DNA of 64,000 nt, from NCBI GenBank assembly GCA_951406725.2, contig OX597823.1:65906001-65970000 (forward strand), written 5' to 3'. A program made the position numbers and the translations under genes. This DNA is from Octopus vulgaris. Lineage: Eukaryota. Of this stretch, positions 12,981 through 26,745 are shown piece by piece. The notes under the pieces were generated by a model. That model saw nothing but the letters and a program-made list of their open reading frames with translations. It searched no databases and had not been told where the DNA came from. Numbering within the stretch: the first letter of the stretch is position 1; every line of letters starts with the position of its first letter.

Positions 12981-15900
12981 TCACTGATATCAGAGATGAT
13001 AAAAATAATAATAATGAAAGGAAGCGGGTAGATTAATGATTATTGATACGGTTAGTGATTGTGTCACAATAAAAACACTGATAATTGCGCAACCTGATAA
13101 TCGCTACCTCATATGACTGACAATGAAAAAACAAAATATTGTGAATAACGGTGGTAGTGAAACTGCAGCAACTGATGGTGACAGTGTTGCCCCCGGCAAG
13201 CTCAGAGATTATGGTCCGGCTCTAGCCTGTCGATATCCAGAAAGGTTCTACAACACACGGCGCAGATGGAGCAAGCAAATTAATGCTATGGTCATGGTGT
13301 GTTACTTCCTGAGCAACTCGGTCGATGAAAATCGTGCTCAAATCAGGGGATACCGACAACGTATGTATGATCATTGGAGAGAAAAGGGATTGTTTCAACT
13401 CACGGAACAGAGGTCAAGCTAGAACAATAAGAAAAAATCATTGGTGCATTGAAGTAGGGCTCGAAGCTATCAAAAGACGGGTCTTGGAAAATAGCAGCAG
13501 AGATAAGTATGAAAATGCAGTTCCTACTAATAGAAGTAATCTCATAGCACAAGAAAGGATCAGTGGTAGAGACATATAGATGATCTAAAAGAAGACAATA
13601 AAACTAATGGTGACATGACAGATGAAGAAAATGGAATCTACGAAAGAAAAAACGCAAGACTACAGGAGAATGATTGTGACATTATTTTTAACCTTAAAAA
13701 GGTTCATAGTTGGAAATTGAGCCAAGAAGCGAAAAATGTCAATGAAATTCTGAAATACATCAGAACAAGCAACATCACAGAAACAAATAATTTGATCAAG
13801 GCAGCAAGTATAGTTGTAGCGAAAACGTGGGTGCTGATGTTAAGAGAAAGAAATATAATGGGAGTGAAGCAAAAAAGATCCATGGTGGAAAAGAATACAG
13901 GATATTTCTGTGTTAGACTGAAAAGAGAAAGGGAAGCTTAGAAGCGACAAAAATACAGGGCGCCAGAAAGGAAGTATAATATTGAAAGGGAGGGTCTAAA
14001 AGTGATAATGGCGGAACTGAAACAGCGCCTCGTTACAAAGAAAGCAAAGATGTTAAGATACGACCAAAGAATGAAGGATTACCACCAGAATAGGTTATTC
14101 AGAATAGATCAGAAGAGATTCTATAAAGAAATAAATGGAGAGCATACAGATTAAAAGATGACGCCAGAGAACAATGAAAGTCACAGCATTTGGAGTGACA
14201 TCTGGGCCAAGACAAGGAGCAATAAAAGGATGGTGAATGATTGTAAGTATTGAGACAAATAGTAGTCTGCCCCAAACAGGCAGAACTAGTCATGTCAGTT
14301 AGGGACGTGAAGGAAATCAGCAAGAAAATGTGCAACTGGAAGTTCCCGGGATCATATGTTGTTCAAGGCTTCTGGATTAAAAGATTTGGTAAATGTCATG
14401 CTCGAATAGTTACGCAACTCAACACCTAGTTAAACTCCGACCAAGTAAAACCAGAGTGGTTGACATTGGGTAGGACAGTGCTTCAATTGAAAAACATCGA
14501 AGAAGTCAATACGGTAGACAATTACAGTCGTTTATCCTGTTTGCGAATTACGTGGAAATTATTGTCAGGTATACTCGCTGAGTCAATGTACGAACATCTG
14601 GTAAAAAATGGAGTCCTGCCACACGAGGAGAAGGGTTGCAAGCGTAAGTACAGCGGTACCAAGGACCAACTCCTGATAGACACAACTGTTCTTAGAGAGG
14701 AAAATTAACTTAGCCATATCATGGATCGACTATCGTAAGGCGTACGATATGATCCCACACTCTTGGATTATGAAATGTATGAACCTATTTGGTATTTCAT
14801 CGAATGTTGAAGGATTGCTTGGAAAAAAGTATGACGAATTGGAGGACGGACCTGACAGCACACGGTAGAAGTTTAGGCACAGTAGAAATCAGGAGGGCAT
14901 CATCCAAGTGTACTGCCTGACCCCACTGATCGTTGTACTGTGCTTGATGCCACTAACACTGATTCTGAGGAAAGCAAAAGCTGGGTATGTATTCAAAAGC
15001 CGCCAACAAAAAGGCAACCATTTGTTATTCAAACTGTATGGTAAAGATGAAGCCCAAGTTCCCTTGTTGATACGGTGTATACTTTTAGTGCTGATATCAG
15101 AATGGAGTTCGGACTGAGAAATTGTGGTGTTAGTCTTGAAGAGATGCAAAATCAAATGTATGGACGGACTATAGGTACCGTCGGGGGAGGTTATGAAGCA
15201 GATAGAAGAGACGAGCTATAAGTACTTGTGGATTTTGGAAATGGATAAATTGATGGAGAAAGAAATGATAGAGACTTTTAAGGTGGAGAACTTGCGCAGA
15301 CAGAGACTGATCCTTAAGTCGAAATTAAACGGACGACGGAATAAGATTGAAGCTATCAAGTCCTAGGTGGTTACACTCCTTAGATATGGGGCAGGTGTAA
15401 TCGCATAGACTGTAGGCGAACTAAGCAACTTAGATAGAAAGACGAGGAAGTTGCTAACAAGATATGGGACACTCCATCCAAAACGTGACACAGAGAGACT
15501 TTATGTACCAAGAAAAAGAGGGGAAGAGGACTTATTGGATGCGGACACAGTATTAGAACAGAGGAAAACAACATAGCATGGTATATAAAAATGCCTCAGA
15601 ACCGCTATTATTAGAATTAAGAAGGTTAGGCTTGTGTAGAATGAAAGATTGCACTGTACAAGCAATTTAAAACGAATGAAGCTGAAAATAGTTGGGTAAA
15701 GAAACGAATACATGCACACTTACAAAAGAGTGTTGAAAATAAGACAAACAGCGAACAAAATGGTTGTGGAAGACTAAACGTGATTTAAAACCGGAAACGG
15801 AGGCTCTAATCTGTGCTGCACAAGAGCAATGACTAAGAACAAACTACATAAAATACATATAGACAACACATCAGAAAGTGGTAAGTGCAGAATCTGTGGA

Positions 15901-16505
15901 CAAAATGGTGAAACCGTATTACCAGCCAGTGTATGCCACTAGCCCAGAAGGAACATAAGAGTCGCCACGACAATATAGCAAGGCTTGCTCATTGGACACT
16001 TTGCAACAAGCATAGACTTGACAGAGCAAAACATTGGCACGACCACAAACCCAAAGGATCATCGAAAATGATAATGCAAAGATACTGTGGGATTTTATGA
16101 TTCAGTGCGACTATGAGATAGAGAATAGGAAGCCAGATAGTCTTAATTGAGAAAGAAAGCAAACTATACTGGATCATAGATGTGGCATGCCCAGCTGACA
16201 ACACGGTATGCAATAAGGAAGAATGAAAAGTCGAGAGATATGACAGGTTATTTTGGGAGGCTAAGCAGTTGTGATCTATGAAAAAGGTGGTCGGATCCGG
16301 GGTAACAGTGAGTAAGATTATTGAGAATTACATGGAACAAATAAGGGCTGCAATAAGTGTGGATAGCTTGCAGAAAACAGCACTGCTTGGAACCGCTCGA
16401 AAACTCCTGAAGGTGCTCGAAAAGCAAGAGGTTTTACCTTAGTTTACTGGTAGTGAACAGCTGATACGCGTAGTACATTTCCAGCGTCAGAAGGTGTGCC
16501 GAGGC
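12981..16505 (+). mobile_element. Near full-length, decayed R4/Dong-clade non-LTR retrotransposon (RT plus restriction-like endonuclease)
   Basis: Frameshifted ORF pieces: N-terminal WSKQINAMVMVCYF..GYRQRMYDHWREKGLFQLTEQR; RT motifs NYSRLSCLRITWKLLSGI, KGCKRKYSGTKDQLLID, WIDYRKAYDMIPHSWI; zinc knuckle CRICG...RHDNIA; endonuclease WDFMIQCD..IENRKPD..IIDVACP; C-terminus LQKTALLGTAR. Confidence 0.9.
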
Positions 16506-16567
<62 letters not shown>

Positions 16568-16636
16568 CAGCAGCAGCAGTAGCAGCAGCAGTAGCGGCAG
16601 CAGCAACAGTAGTAGTAGTAGTAGTAGTAGTAGTAA

Positions 16637-16668
<32 letters not shown>

Positions 16669-16685
16669 ACAACAACAGTAACAAT
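16506..16685. repeat. (TAG)n/(CAG)n trinucleotide array
   Basis: Seen directly. It is the source of the poly-S/T/L ORFs. Confidence 0.98.
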
Positions 16686-16859
16686 TTCTGTTATTAGCCT
16701 CAGGGGCATAAATGACGGGAACATCACAAGGGCAGGCAACAATGTGTGTGTGAATTAAAATAAACTAGGGATATAAAGAAAGATAAATATAGTGAAACGT
16801 AATAAAAGTATACAGAATATACAAAGAATGTGTTAACAAGAAAGAAGCAGTCCTCACGA

Positions 16860-17275
16860 TGCAGGAGAAACCCTACGTAAAGGTAATCAAGGAACTCTAC
16901 AGATCGAGGATTACAATGACCACCAATGGCCCAAGCCCTCTCTTATGCTATCCAATCTACAGGCGTATACTTAGAGGAAGGCCATTCATTCTAACCCCTT
17001 TTCCCACAATCACCCACCTTTGCACAAATCCCAACGAAGATTTAGGTATGGCATAAGGGCAAATAAAGCAACAGCAGTTACTTACTGGTGGTTAGTACTT
17101 CACCCTCCACACACAGTTTCCTTTCCAAGCGGAACTTTAAGCAGTCGAGAGCTTGGCTGAAGACGATGGCGTCTTTGCTCAATTCTTTCAACCTCTTCCA
17201 CCGCACATCGTCTTTCGCCATAGCCACTAGACAGGGAAACCACGCCTGCCCTGCCGTGTTAAAGGTGGATGGTTG
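16860..17275 (-). mobile_element. Tx1/L1-type LINE 3' end fragment
   Basis: Minus strand reads VAMAKDDVRWKRLKEL...LKFRLERKLCVEGEVLTTSK, then after a 59-bp insert RWVIVGKGVRMNGLPLSIRL*. This resembles Tx1 ORF2 C-termini. Confidence 0.55.
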
Positions 17276-19659
17276 ATCGAATAATAACAAATGATGATGA
17301 TCATGATGATCATGATGATACAAGTAGTGTTGATGATGAGTATGATGTGGTGGTGGTGGTGGTGGTGGTGGTGATGATGATGAGCAGGAGGAGGACGACG
17401 AAGATGATAGAGACAATGATGATGATCAGAAGACTAAGAAATCATGTATGTAAATTCGGTCACAATACGGGGGAAACAAATCAGAGTTCAATTCAATTTT
17501 CATTGCCACCAAAACAGAACAGACTTCAAATGAACGAATCAAAACTTATAATAAATGAAATATATATAATTCTATGACTTGTTACATGTGTGCAATACAA
17601 CACTGAGTATTGGAGTAAATTAAATATATGGTTTACATTGAAAGAAGTGATATTACGGCGAAGGCGTTATCGAAAGCAAAGACATTCGTAGTAAAAAGCT
17701 AATGGGATGAAAACAAATTGAAATTAAGAAAATTACACAGAGAAAATACACTAAAAACACACGCAACTAATATCACCGGATTACGCATGGAAAACGTGAG
17801 CTGACACAAATAAACAAAATCACCAGAACAAAACATATCACTTACGGAAGTCATAAAACAAACGGAAGAAATCTACGTTGCAGACGCAACAATACACAAA
17901 ATAAATGATCCATCAACCAAAATGAAAATAGTACAGAAATTAACAAAAAAGAAACCTAAATAGTAGCTAACAAATGGAAAAGTGAGAGGAAAACAAGATG
18001 AAAAACTGACTACCATAGAAAAACGATTTACACCAAAAGTATATCCTCGATACCATAAGTAAACATAAACAATATAAGTATCTATGACAACAGAATAACC
18101 AGACGCAAATGTTCTAACTGTAACAATAAAGGAAAATAGATGAGATTACAAAATCAATAAATGAGATTCAAATAAAACATCTACCCTTGTTACATATGAA
18201 CAGACATCACTAATATAAATGAAAATAAACGTAACAGAACCTTAGAAAAAATTCTCTTCATAACAACAAACAGCCTAAATATCAACAGGGTGAATGTTTT
18301 TGTATATTCAGTTGCAGTTGTAGCAACAAATGAAAATGAGCTTGATCCTGATAAAGTTACTCAATTAAACCCCAGCAGGGAAAATGTAAGAAGGGCATAA
18401 TACTTAACTTTCAGATAAAGAAAAAGGTTCTATCCTTATTTAGCTTCGTGGAAATTTTTTACCCTTACAGAAAAAATAATCCCAAATGACAAAAGGCAAA
18501 CATATTAGAAAAGATACTTAAGAAACCAAAGGAATTTTAAGTAAATCATGGAAGAAAAAGATTGATGAAATACAGGATTGAAAAAGATGCAAAGGCTCAC
18601 TTTGAAATATATATTTCACAAAACACAAGAAACATTGACGAAGACATAAGAAAGAAGGATAAAAGATGAGGAATAATATAACAATTTATGTTGCACAAAT
18701 CCCAACGAAGATTTAGGTATGGCATAAGGGCAAATAAAGCAACAGCAGTAAGCACAATAAAGTTATGCAACTGATTAGAAAGTTATGTAGGGGCAATAAA
18801 TATCATAGCACTACAAACATGACTCCTGTAGTCGGCAAAAGCTCACTAACAAGTTAAAAAGTGCAAGCTATGTAAAAGACAAGGTTTCACGGTTCTAACT
18901 GAAGTTCCTGGCCGTTACCGATGATTATATGACAATTAAGTCTCGATATATAAATTTAGCTGAGAGAAAGCAAATTAATATGAATCCTCCAAAACAAAAC
19001 TATTAGACATTCGATACCAATATACAAAACCATTACATCAGTACATTACAGTTAGCTGGTTATTATTCTAACCAACAATAATATATTATCACAAAAGCAG
19101 AAATGTTGCTGGAAAGGAATGTATGTCTGTAAAGAACAGATACTTGAAGATAGAATGTTTACAGACGCTTGGAGAGAAATGGAAGCAAATTTCAGGCGGA
19201 CAGGATTGGTTACCCAAAACGATTGAGAACATTCCACACTCCTGGATTCTAAAGACTTCTCCACGAAAAAGGTACCTGAAATACAAACGCAGTTCAATAT
19301 ATTTGCCTTATCAAAATGAATAGAAGTACAAAACCACAATAAAACACGAAGACAGTAAACTGAAACAATATTCGTTTTTCTCTGATTCCATTATCGAATT
19401 ATTCAATGAAACCTCTTTTGGGTACTGATAATGCGAACAAAGCAGACCTTCTCTAAATGAATTGAAAATATCTACAAGGGTTAATATCAAGATAACGTTT
19501 CAATTCTTCATGCAACAACCAATACAGAAAAAATTTGGCAAACTATTTTCTGAATAGCCAATTTGACTAATACACGTAATTGTAAGAGATCTACACAAAG
19601 ATAACTTCTTGGTAGATGAAGCAGTGCAAAAATGAAAGAGAAATCAAAAGAGCGTAGTA

Positions 19660-19860
19660 CAGTAAGTTTTGAGTAATACCGATTTCAGATTTTAGCAGAA
19701 GACCAGCAATTACGTGGGAGCACTTAAGTCGATTACATTGACCGCGATGTTCAACTTGTATATATTTTATTGACCCAGAAGGGATAAAAGTTAAGAGGGA
19801 CAAAGTGCCACTAAGGATTTTGTCCGGCGTGATAACGATTCTGCTAGCTTGTTGCCTAAG
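19660..19860 (-). mobile_element. Meta-type SINE (decayed)
   Basis: gtcgattacattgacc...tattttattgacccagaagggataaaag...aacgattctgctagcttgttgcc is the reverse complement of the 5067-5283 family. Confidence 0.65.
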
Positions 19861-20479
19861 TTAGAGGAATATTAATAGCAAAGTTGAATGTTGAAAATAA
19901 GACAGTAACAGCTCCATTTAAATTACATTCGCAATATAATGTCGAGTCTGATATGTGATGCATTAAGAGAAAAAAAAACTAAATGCTAAACCTGGAGATT
20001 ACAGAGAGCATTGTCAATCTCCTCATCGCTGAATACCCTGTAGACAAGAAGAAAACTGTCTAATGAAAAAATCTTCAAAATAACAAAAGTTGTAAAAACA
20101 TATTCAGAGAAACCAACGAAAAATGCTAAATGTAATACGAATCATTAAGAAAGCATTTCCCACTATAACGAAACTGTGACGTACGAGCTAGAAAGAAATT
20201 GCATAAAGTAAAAAGATATAGGAAAGACAAAATAATAAATAAAATATGGAAATAAAAGATATGGCAAATGAAAAATCATCACTGATCATAAGAAAATCAG
20301 ATAAGTCTAAGATGCTATTATAGATTTGTTCAATATTAACAGCTATAAGGTTTTCTTTGATATCGAATACCCATCAAGTAATGAAAATGCACAACCTAGC
20401 AGAAAATGAAAGAATTACATGTAGGTTGTAATATCTAAACAAAAATACAGAAAAACAAAAGTGAGAAAATGCTGAATGA

Positions 20480-21130
20480 TCAAAGATCAGCCGTGACAAT
20501 TCACATAATCAGCTTATTAGAAAGAACAGAGAAAGTGTGAAATATATTGTTACAGCATGTTACAAAGCAGCAACAGAGGGAATATTTAAAGGTCATTATG
20601 AAACCGCCACTAGATTAAAACCTGTCGAATTTATTAAAGAGTTAAGCAAATACGATAGACATTTAATAGATTTCTGTGACGATGCTTCAACGTCGAATGG
20701 AATATTTAAATTTTAGATATCAGCCACATATAATCTGTTATATTTTATGCTTGATGCAATAATGAAAACGATCCAGCATTAGTAATCCTTGATTAAACCA
20801 CATACATTATCTCCGTATGTCAAAGTTCACATTTCATCACCTACAGGTTAACAGGATGCAGGATGGATTCTTAAGTTTTGAAAATATCTCTTAACATTGA
20901 CTAGAAGAAATGCACAGTAAATATGTTAATAATCTTTGCAAAAGTAGTAATGCAAAATCAAAATATTTGTTCAGTCCTCTGATGCTTCTGGTATGGCTGG
21001 GAAGTTGGACGGCTTATAAACGAAGAATTAAAAGAAAATATCCAGCAGCTTTATACGTTGATTTGTACTAAGACTAAATATAGTCTTACGACAAATGGCA
21101 GAATATATGAAAGGAAAATGACCTTTCATG
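20480..21130 (+). mobile_element. hAT (ZMYM1-like) transposase remnant
   Basis: QSSDASGMAGKLDGL / IKRKYPAALYV / RLNIVLRQ resembles the hAT motif QxYDGAxxMxG...YPxAxxVHCxxHxLNL. Heavily decayed; upstream pieces near 19100-19400 may belong to it. Confidence 0.5.
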
Positions 21131-21429
21131 ACTTCTGTAATTCTACAAAATGAACACAATCTTTAAGAACTGACCTTGAGAAAGCTTTCAACAGTATCAA
21201 CCTGTCGTTAGAATTATTATTCAAATCTTCTTGATAATTCAGTTTCTTTAAATGTAAGAAATATTTTACAGCTTTAAAAATGTACATGTGGGTTGTTGAT
21301 GCACATGTTAAAATCATTCATCGTTGATGGATGATTTTAACTTTTTGTTCTTCTGGATTTATTTTGCCAAAGTTTTTCCGTTGTTAGATATTTGATATAA
21401 TGCTGCCGAGTAATCATAGTTTAGGATGA

Positions 21430-21670
21430 TGTGTGGGGACTGGCATGTGCAATATAAGCCCGATGTTTCCTCTGGGTGTCATAAAATGTGACAAAAAAAG
21501 GTTGAGGTAGAATTTGAAATCCGACCTCGTAAAACACTCTGAAGCAAAGACTACTCAGACAAGCCCATGGGTTGGAGGCCTGAGTGGTGGAAAGGCGTCA
21601 ACCACCAGGAGTAGTGGAGTATCACCAACAGATGGGGACGCAGCGATGTGCTGGTACTGCGCATGCGTTC
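21430..21670 (+). mobile_element. Possible RTE-type LINE 5' UTR remnant
   Basis: gggtgtcataaaatgtgacaaa and ggttg...gacctcgtaaaac resemble RTE leader motifs (recalled, not searched). Confidence 0.3.
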
Positions 21671-23859
21671 ATATTTCTACTACTACTTCTTTTAAAATAG
21701 TGGCAAATTTACTTGTGCCTTTGGACCAGAAAAGAGAAGAGATTTAGAACATTTAAAAGATAAAAAGAAAATGTGTAATTGCACATATCAAATGAATTCA
21801 GATTTAAGAGGCAACAAAGGCAAAATGGATGTGAAGACATTGTTCTTATAAAATCACGGAGAAATTATATGATACTTAAATAGGTTAAAATCAGAGTTGC
21901 AAATTTTAAGTCGTTATAATGATCTAGAGTCAGTCTTTTTGTTATGAAAGTGTCTCTGTAATAATTCAGCAGTGCATAACAAAACTATAACAGGAATTTT
22001 GAGTTTCATAAAGGTGACAATAGCCAGAGTAATTTTAATCAGTAAATATTCCATAGTAAAACGCTGCTTCCCCGCTTTAAAGCGAAATAAAATTAACCCA
22101 GGAAAATCTCAGGGATAAGAGAGACTGCAAAATTATAAAAAAGTATCAGTGCATAATCAGTTGCATATTAATTGAAATTTGCATACCAATTAAAAGATAA
22201 TTATAAATAATCTTCTGCTCAGCCAGAAATTCGCAGTAAAATTATTGAACATGTTGCTCGTAAACTAAAAAAGATTTCCATTGGACTGTGTTTAATATGC
22301 TGTGTTAAAATAATAGTTTGCGTTACTACATATTCAAAATTTTTAATTAATTAATTAGAAAAAGGTATCAATATGCATGCCTTAGCTTTTTCAAAGATTT
22401 ACTTAACCTACCATTTTCAATATAACTTCTACATAAACATGTACATCACAGGAACACATTCTGAATGATTTTTAATCGATCGCTTTACACCTACACAAAT
22501 GGTTCAATTCGAACTAAGGCTAGAAATACATAAAATCCGGAAGCATGTGATTGTGAAACAATTTTTCTAACCGGAACGTTCGACAGCTATTTTCTCTTAA
22601 TGTAAATTTTGATAGAAATTTCTCTATTTTGACAATTGCGGAGCATCATTTACACTACCACTCAACTTAAAAACGTTAGTAGACAGACGGAGATCACATT
22701 CGGTAATGGAGTTAGAATATACGATAACTAAATATAAAACGAAATTAGGGGTTGAATAACTTTGATCATAGTTCTACTTGATCTCGAGTGATCTAGGACA
22801 CCAACGGTTTTCTCATGTAACGTTGAAGGTCAGTGAAACATACCGTTAAAAGTATACATATAATCAGTAGAGTTTGGGAACGTGCAATGAATTTAAAATC
22901 TATATATTATCCGCAGTATGTGGTATTGACAAAACTTGACTTTAGTCTTCGAAAAATAATCGATAAAGCGGCATTTAATAGGAAAAAATATTGTCAGTAA
23001 ATAAAACATCGGTTTTTGCCCCATGACGGTGTAATTATAGAAATGCCTGAAGAAAAATTCATAAATATTATTACCTGGAATGTGAAGCAAGCAAAAGTGA
23101 AATGTAGAAGACGTGGATGCTTCAGTAAGTATAGAAATATATAAAGTTTATACATTATTCAAGATATAGATGTTTTATCTACATACATTGTCCCCTTGGG
23201 AGAATCACATAATACAATTTGAATAAGTAATGTTGACTATGTCTGAGTTAGCTTATTATATACAGTGTGTTTCTTCCTTTTTCTCTCCCTCTCTCCCAAC
23301 CTTTCTCTGACTCTTTTTATATATAGTCAAACACATACATATAATAATATTGCAGTACTCAATTAATGTATTCAGAATACTATATAGTCTGCTTGAAATA
23401 AAACTTCTTTTCCTCAGGATTCATATGTCATTCAAAAACAAATGTGTTCAAAAATTAAATTCTGTGCGGTTGAAAAACAGAATTCTTTTCTTTATTGGAA
23501 GGGCCCTGGATATATACGAATTGACAACTGGGTTTTATAATTTTACTACATATATATGTTCTAAAGGGAGAAGTTTCGTGCATATAAAAATGATAAAGAT
23601 GATATATTTGTATTAGGGGGTTAACAACTGAGAAAGAAAAAAAAAAAAGATAATACTGCCAAAAATTGGAAATTGAAAATAATTAAATACCTAAAATATA
23701 ATGAACATTAAGTATGTTAAAGAAAACACATAGTTTATATTAAGTTTAAGAAAGCATGGCCATGAATAAAACTTCGCGGTAAAGATGTGATTGTTTTGCC
23801 AAAAAATAATAAAAGTGTAAAGTATGCTGCTGTCAACATTACCTTTTAATATGACCTTT

Positions 23860-24065
23860 CAGATGATGGTAGCTTGTTGGCTGAATCAATATCACGGCGG
23901 GCAAACTACTTAGCAGCATTTCGGCAAATTTTTCCAAGGTTGGTCAGCCTTTCATCATTTCAAAATCGATAAAATAAGTACCAAGTCAAGCACAGGGGTC
24001 GATGTAATCAACTTTACCCTCCCCCGAAATTGCTGGTCTTGCTTCAAATATTTCAAACCAATATG
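23860..24065 (+). mobile_element. Meta-type SINE
   Basis: agcctttcatcatttcaaaatcgataaaataagtacc...ggggtcgatgtaatcaact...gaaattgctggtcttg. Further fragments lie at ~24200-24320, ~24400-24600 and ~25590-25820 (-). Confidence 0.7.
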
Positions 24066-26745
24066 TCCTTTTATATAAACTACGGACAGAGCGAGAACAT
24101 TGTCACAACTGAGCTAGTACCAGAAAATAGTGAAAAGATTACCATATTAGCAGTAGTTTATAAATATGACATAGTTACGCTGGTGGGATGAAACGTTCAT
24201 AGGCTGATTACGAAGGTGTGATACAAAAGCTGTGAGATTTTTTGTGAACTGGGTCGATGTAATCGACAACACTCCTTCCCTATAGGTGCTGGTCCTGTTC
24301 CGAAATACGAAAGAATTATCATTATTAGTTGCAGCATTAGTAGCTATAGAAGTACTTGCAAATAAGGTGACGATGACACTGCTTATTTTCAACCGTAGGT
24401 TGACGAAATGGCAGAATAGGTAGTGTCGGAATTAATGCATCACGGTTTTTATTTCTAATTCTTCATCTACTGAGATGGGATCCCGCCAAGAACAACATTA
24501 CTTTTTATATTTCTGGGATCACATACGTAAAAATGTCCATGGAATTGACTTACTATCTCCCTTAAAATTTTCTGAACTTCTGCTTAAATTAGAAACCAGT
24601 ATCAGCGGTAACCTTAGTAGTATTTGGAAAATACATCAGAAGTCGTATTACGGAATTGTACTTTCCAAAATAAATTTTCAAATCAAAAATAAAAATCTTT
24701 GCACAGTTTTGTGCTCAAGAGGTGCCACACAGACGAAGGAAGGGTATATATTATTTCGATTTATGTACGTGACCCAGGTATGTGTGTAATTGTAAATATG
24801 ATAGCATTGTATTTTATGTTATATTCGAATTTTTATAGATAGTAATGAATTTCTCTCGAAAACATGTAAATTCTAACTTCTTGGTCGCCTTAATGAACGC
24901 TGACCAATAATGAACATTGTTGATGCAGTATTCTTGTATAATTAACAATACTAGACTTCGTTTTATGTATCTGGTTTGCAAGATTTTGAATGGGAATTCG
25001 TGTTTTGAAGCAAATTTTGTTGTCTGGGGAGAGAATATTTTGTTAATGCATTATTATCTAACACACACACCTCATTTATTATTTGAACCGGTGCGTGTTT
25101 TAGATAATAAAGCATTAAGACAATATGACTCTCCCCAGACACAAGAAAATAGTAGACATGTTTTCCTACATATAAAAACAAAACAAACCATTTAGCGTAC
25201 ACTCACTCTCACACACACACATCACTCAAAAATCTATTTTCATAATTTGTGCAAGCACATAACACAAGCACACAAACACACACAAACAGCACACACAAAA
25301 TGAGAGAAGAAGTCATAATTTCTTTTGGTTTAAGCTAATGCACAAATTTATGTATAAATTTCGTTCTTCGAGTCGAAAATTGTTATGGAATTTTTCAAAT
25401 GAATAATGGAAAGAAAGAAATGTTAGAAAATTTCTGGGAAGGGTGTAATAAAAAAATAATCATGGAAATAATGAGGTAATACTTAACCGTCATCTTCCAT
25501 TTTTATGAAACGTCTCCGAAAATGTCGAGTGATAAAAAGAAAAAAACAACTCGGTGTATGACGTGTTTCATTAAGAGCTGGCCAGGAAAATGAAAATGAT
25601 TATTTGCGATTTAAGCGTAAAGCCATGGAATTTTGTGAAAGGGGGATTCTCGATGACATCTACTTCAGTAACATCAAAAGTGGATACCTGTTATTCGGAA
25701 GGGCAAAAAGCAAAGGTGATATCGGTAAGATTTGAACTCCGAATGTAAAGATCCAAAACAAATAACATTCTTTTTTGGTTTGACGCGTTGTTGAATCTGG
25801 AATTCTAACGCTCTAATGAAGAGCAGCAGCAAATACATCAACAAGATGAAGAAGGGAAGGAGCGAAAAGAAGGAAAAAAAGGAACGAGAATAATAACAAG
25901 CAGAACGAGAGATAGAAGAAAGGAAGTATCATCTGAAAGAACAAGTATTAGAAAAGGGTGAGGATGGATAGGTGAAGGGAGACAAATCGGGAGAATTAGA
26001 ATTAAAATGGAAATGGAAGAAAAGGAGATGTCAGAATACGATGGTCATTATCTATTTTGTTTAAACTTTGTTGACGTAGAATTAAACAAAAAGAAACCAC
26101 CAACTTGATAAAAATCTGTTCTCTAAAAGTTTAAGTGAAGTGAAACATTATTATTTTTATGGGCCTCGTTTTTTATATCAAATGTCACATGTATGATGGT
26201 TTAAACTAAATGTAAGTTATCGAAAGTCTGACAAGATGTCTCCGTTAATTTTTTTTAATTGAATTATAAAGTTTATGACACAGGCTTCTCTCTGTTTTTC
26301 TCCTTCTAAACTGAATTAAATTCGTTTTAAGCGTGATTACGTTGATCTACAAATTTCAACAGCCTGTAATTAGAAATTGTGTGAGGCTTTCAAACATGGT
26401 GAACACGTAAAGAAATAATTTCATTCACTTCATACAAGAAAATAAACATACAAACGTGCGCATTCACACACAACCAATTACACACACATACGCACACACT
26501 CTCTCTCTCACACACACATACATATATATAAATAGATATATATATTTCTATATATATCATATATATTTCTATATATATGATATGTATAATCCATACATAT
26601 ATATGTACGTATATGTAAATATATGTATGTAATGCATATACATATACATATATGTGTATATATGTGTGTATAAACTCGTACATTCATACACACGCGCATG
26701 TATATATATATATGTATGTATGCATATAGATGTTATATGTATGTA

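Noticed and set aside
16434-16742. Poly-T/S/L ORFs
   Set aside because: Trinucleotide repeat translation.
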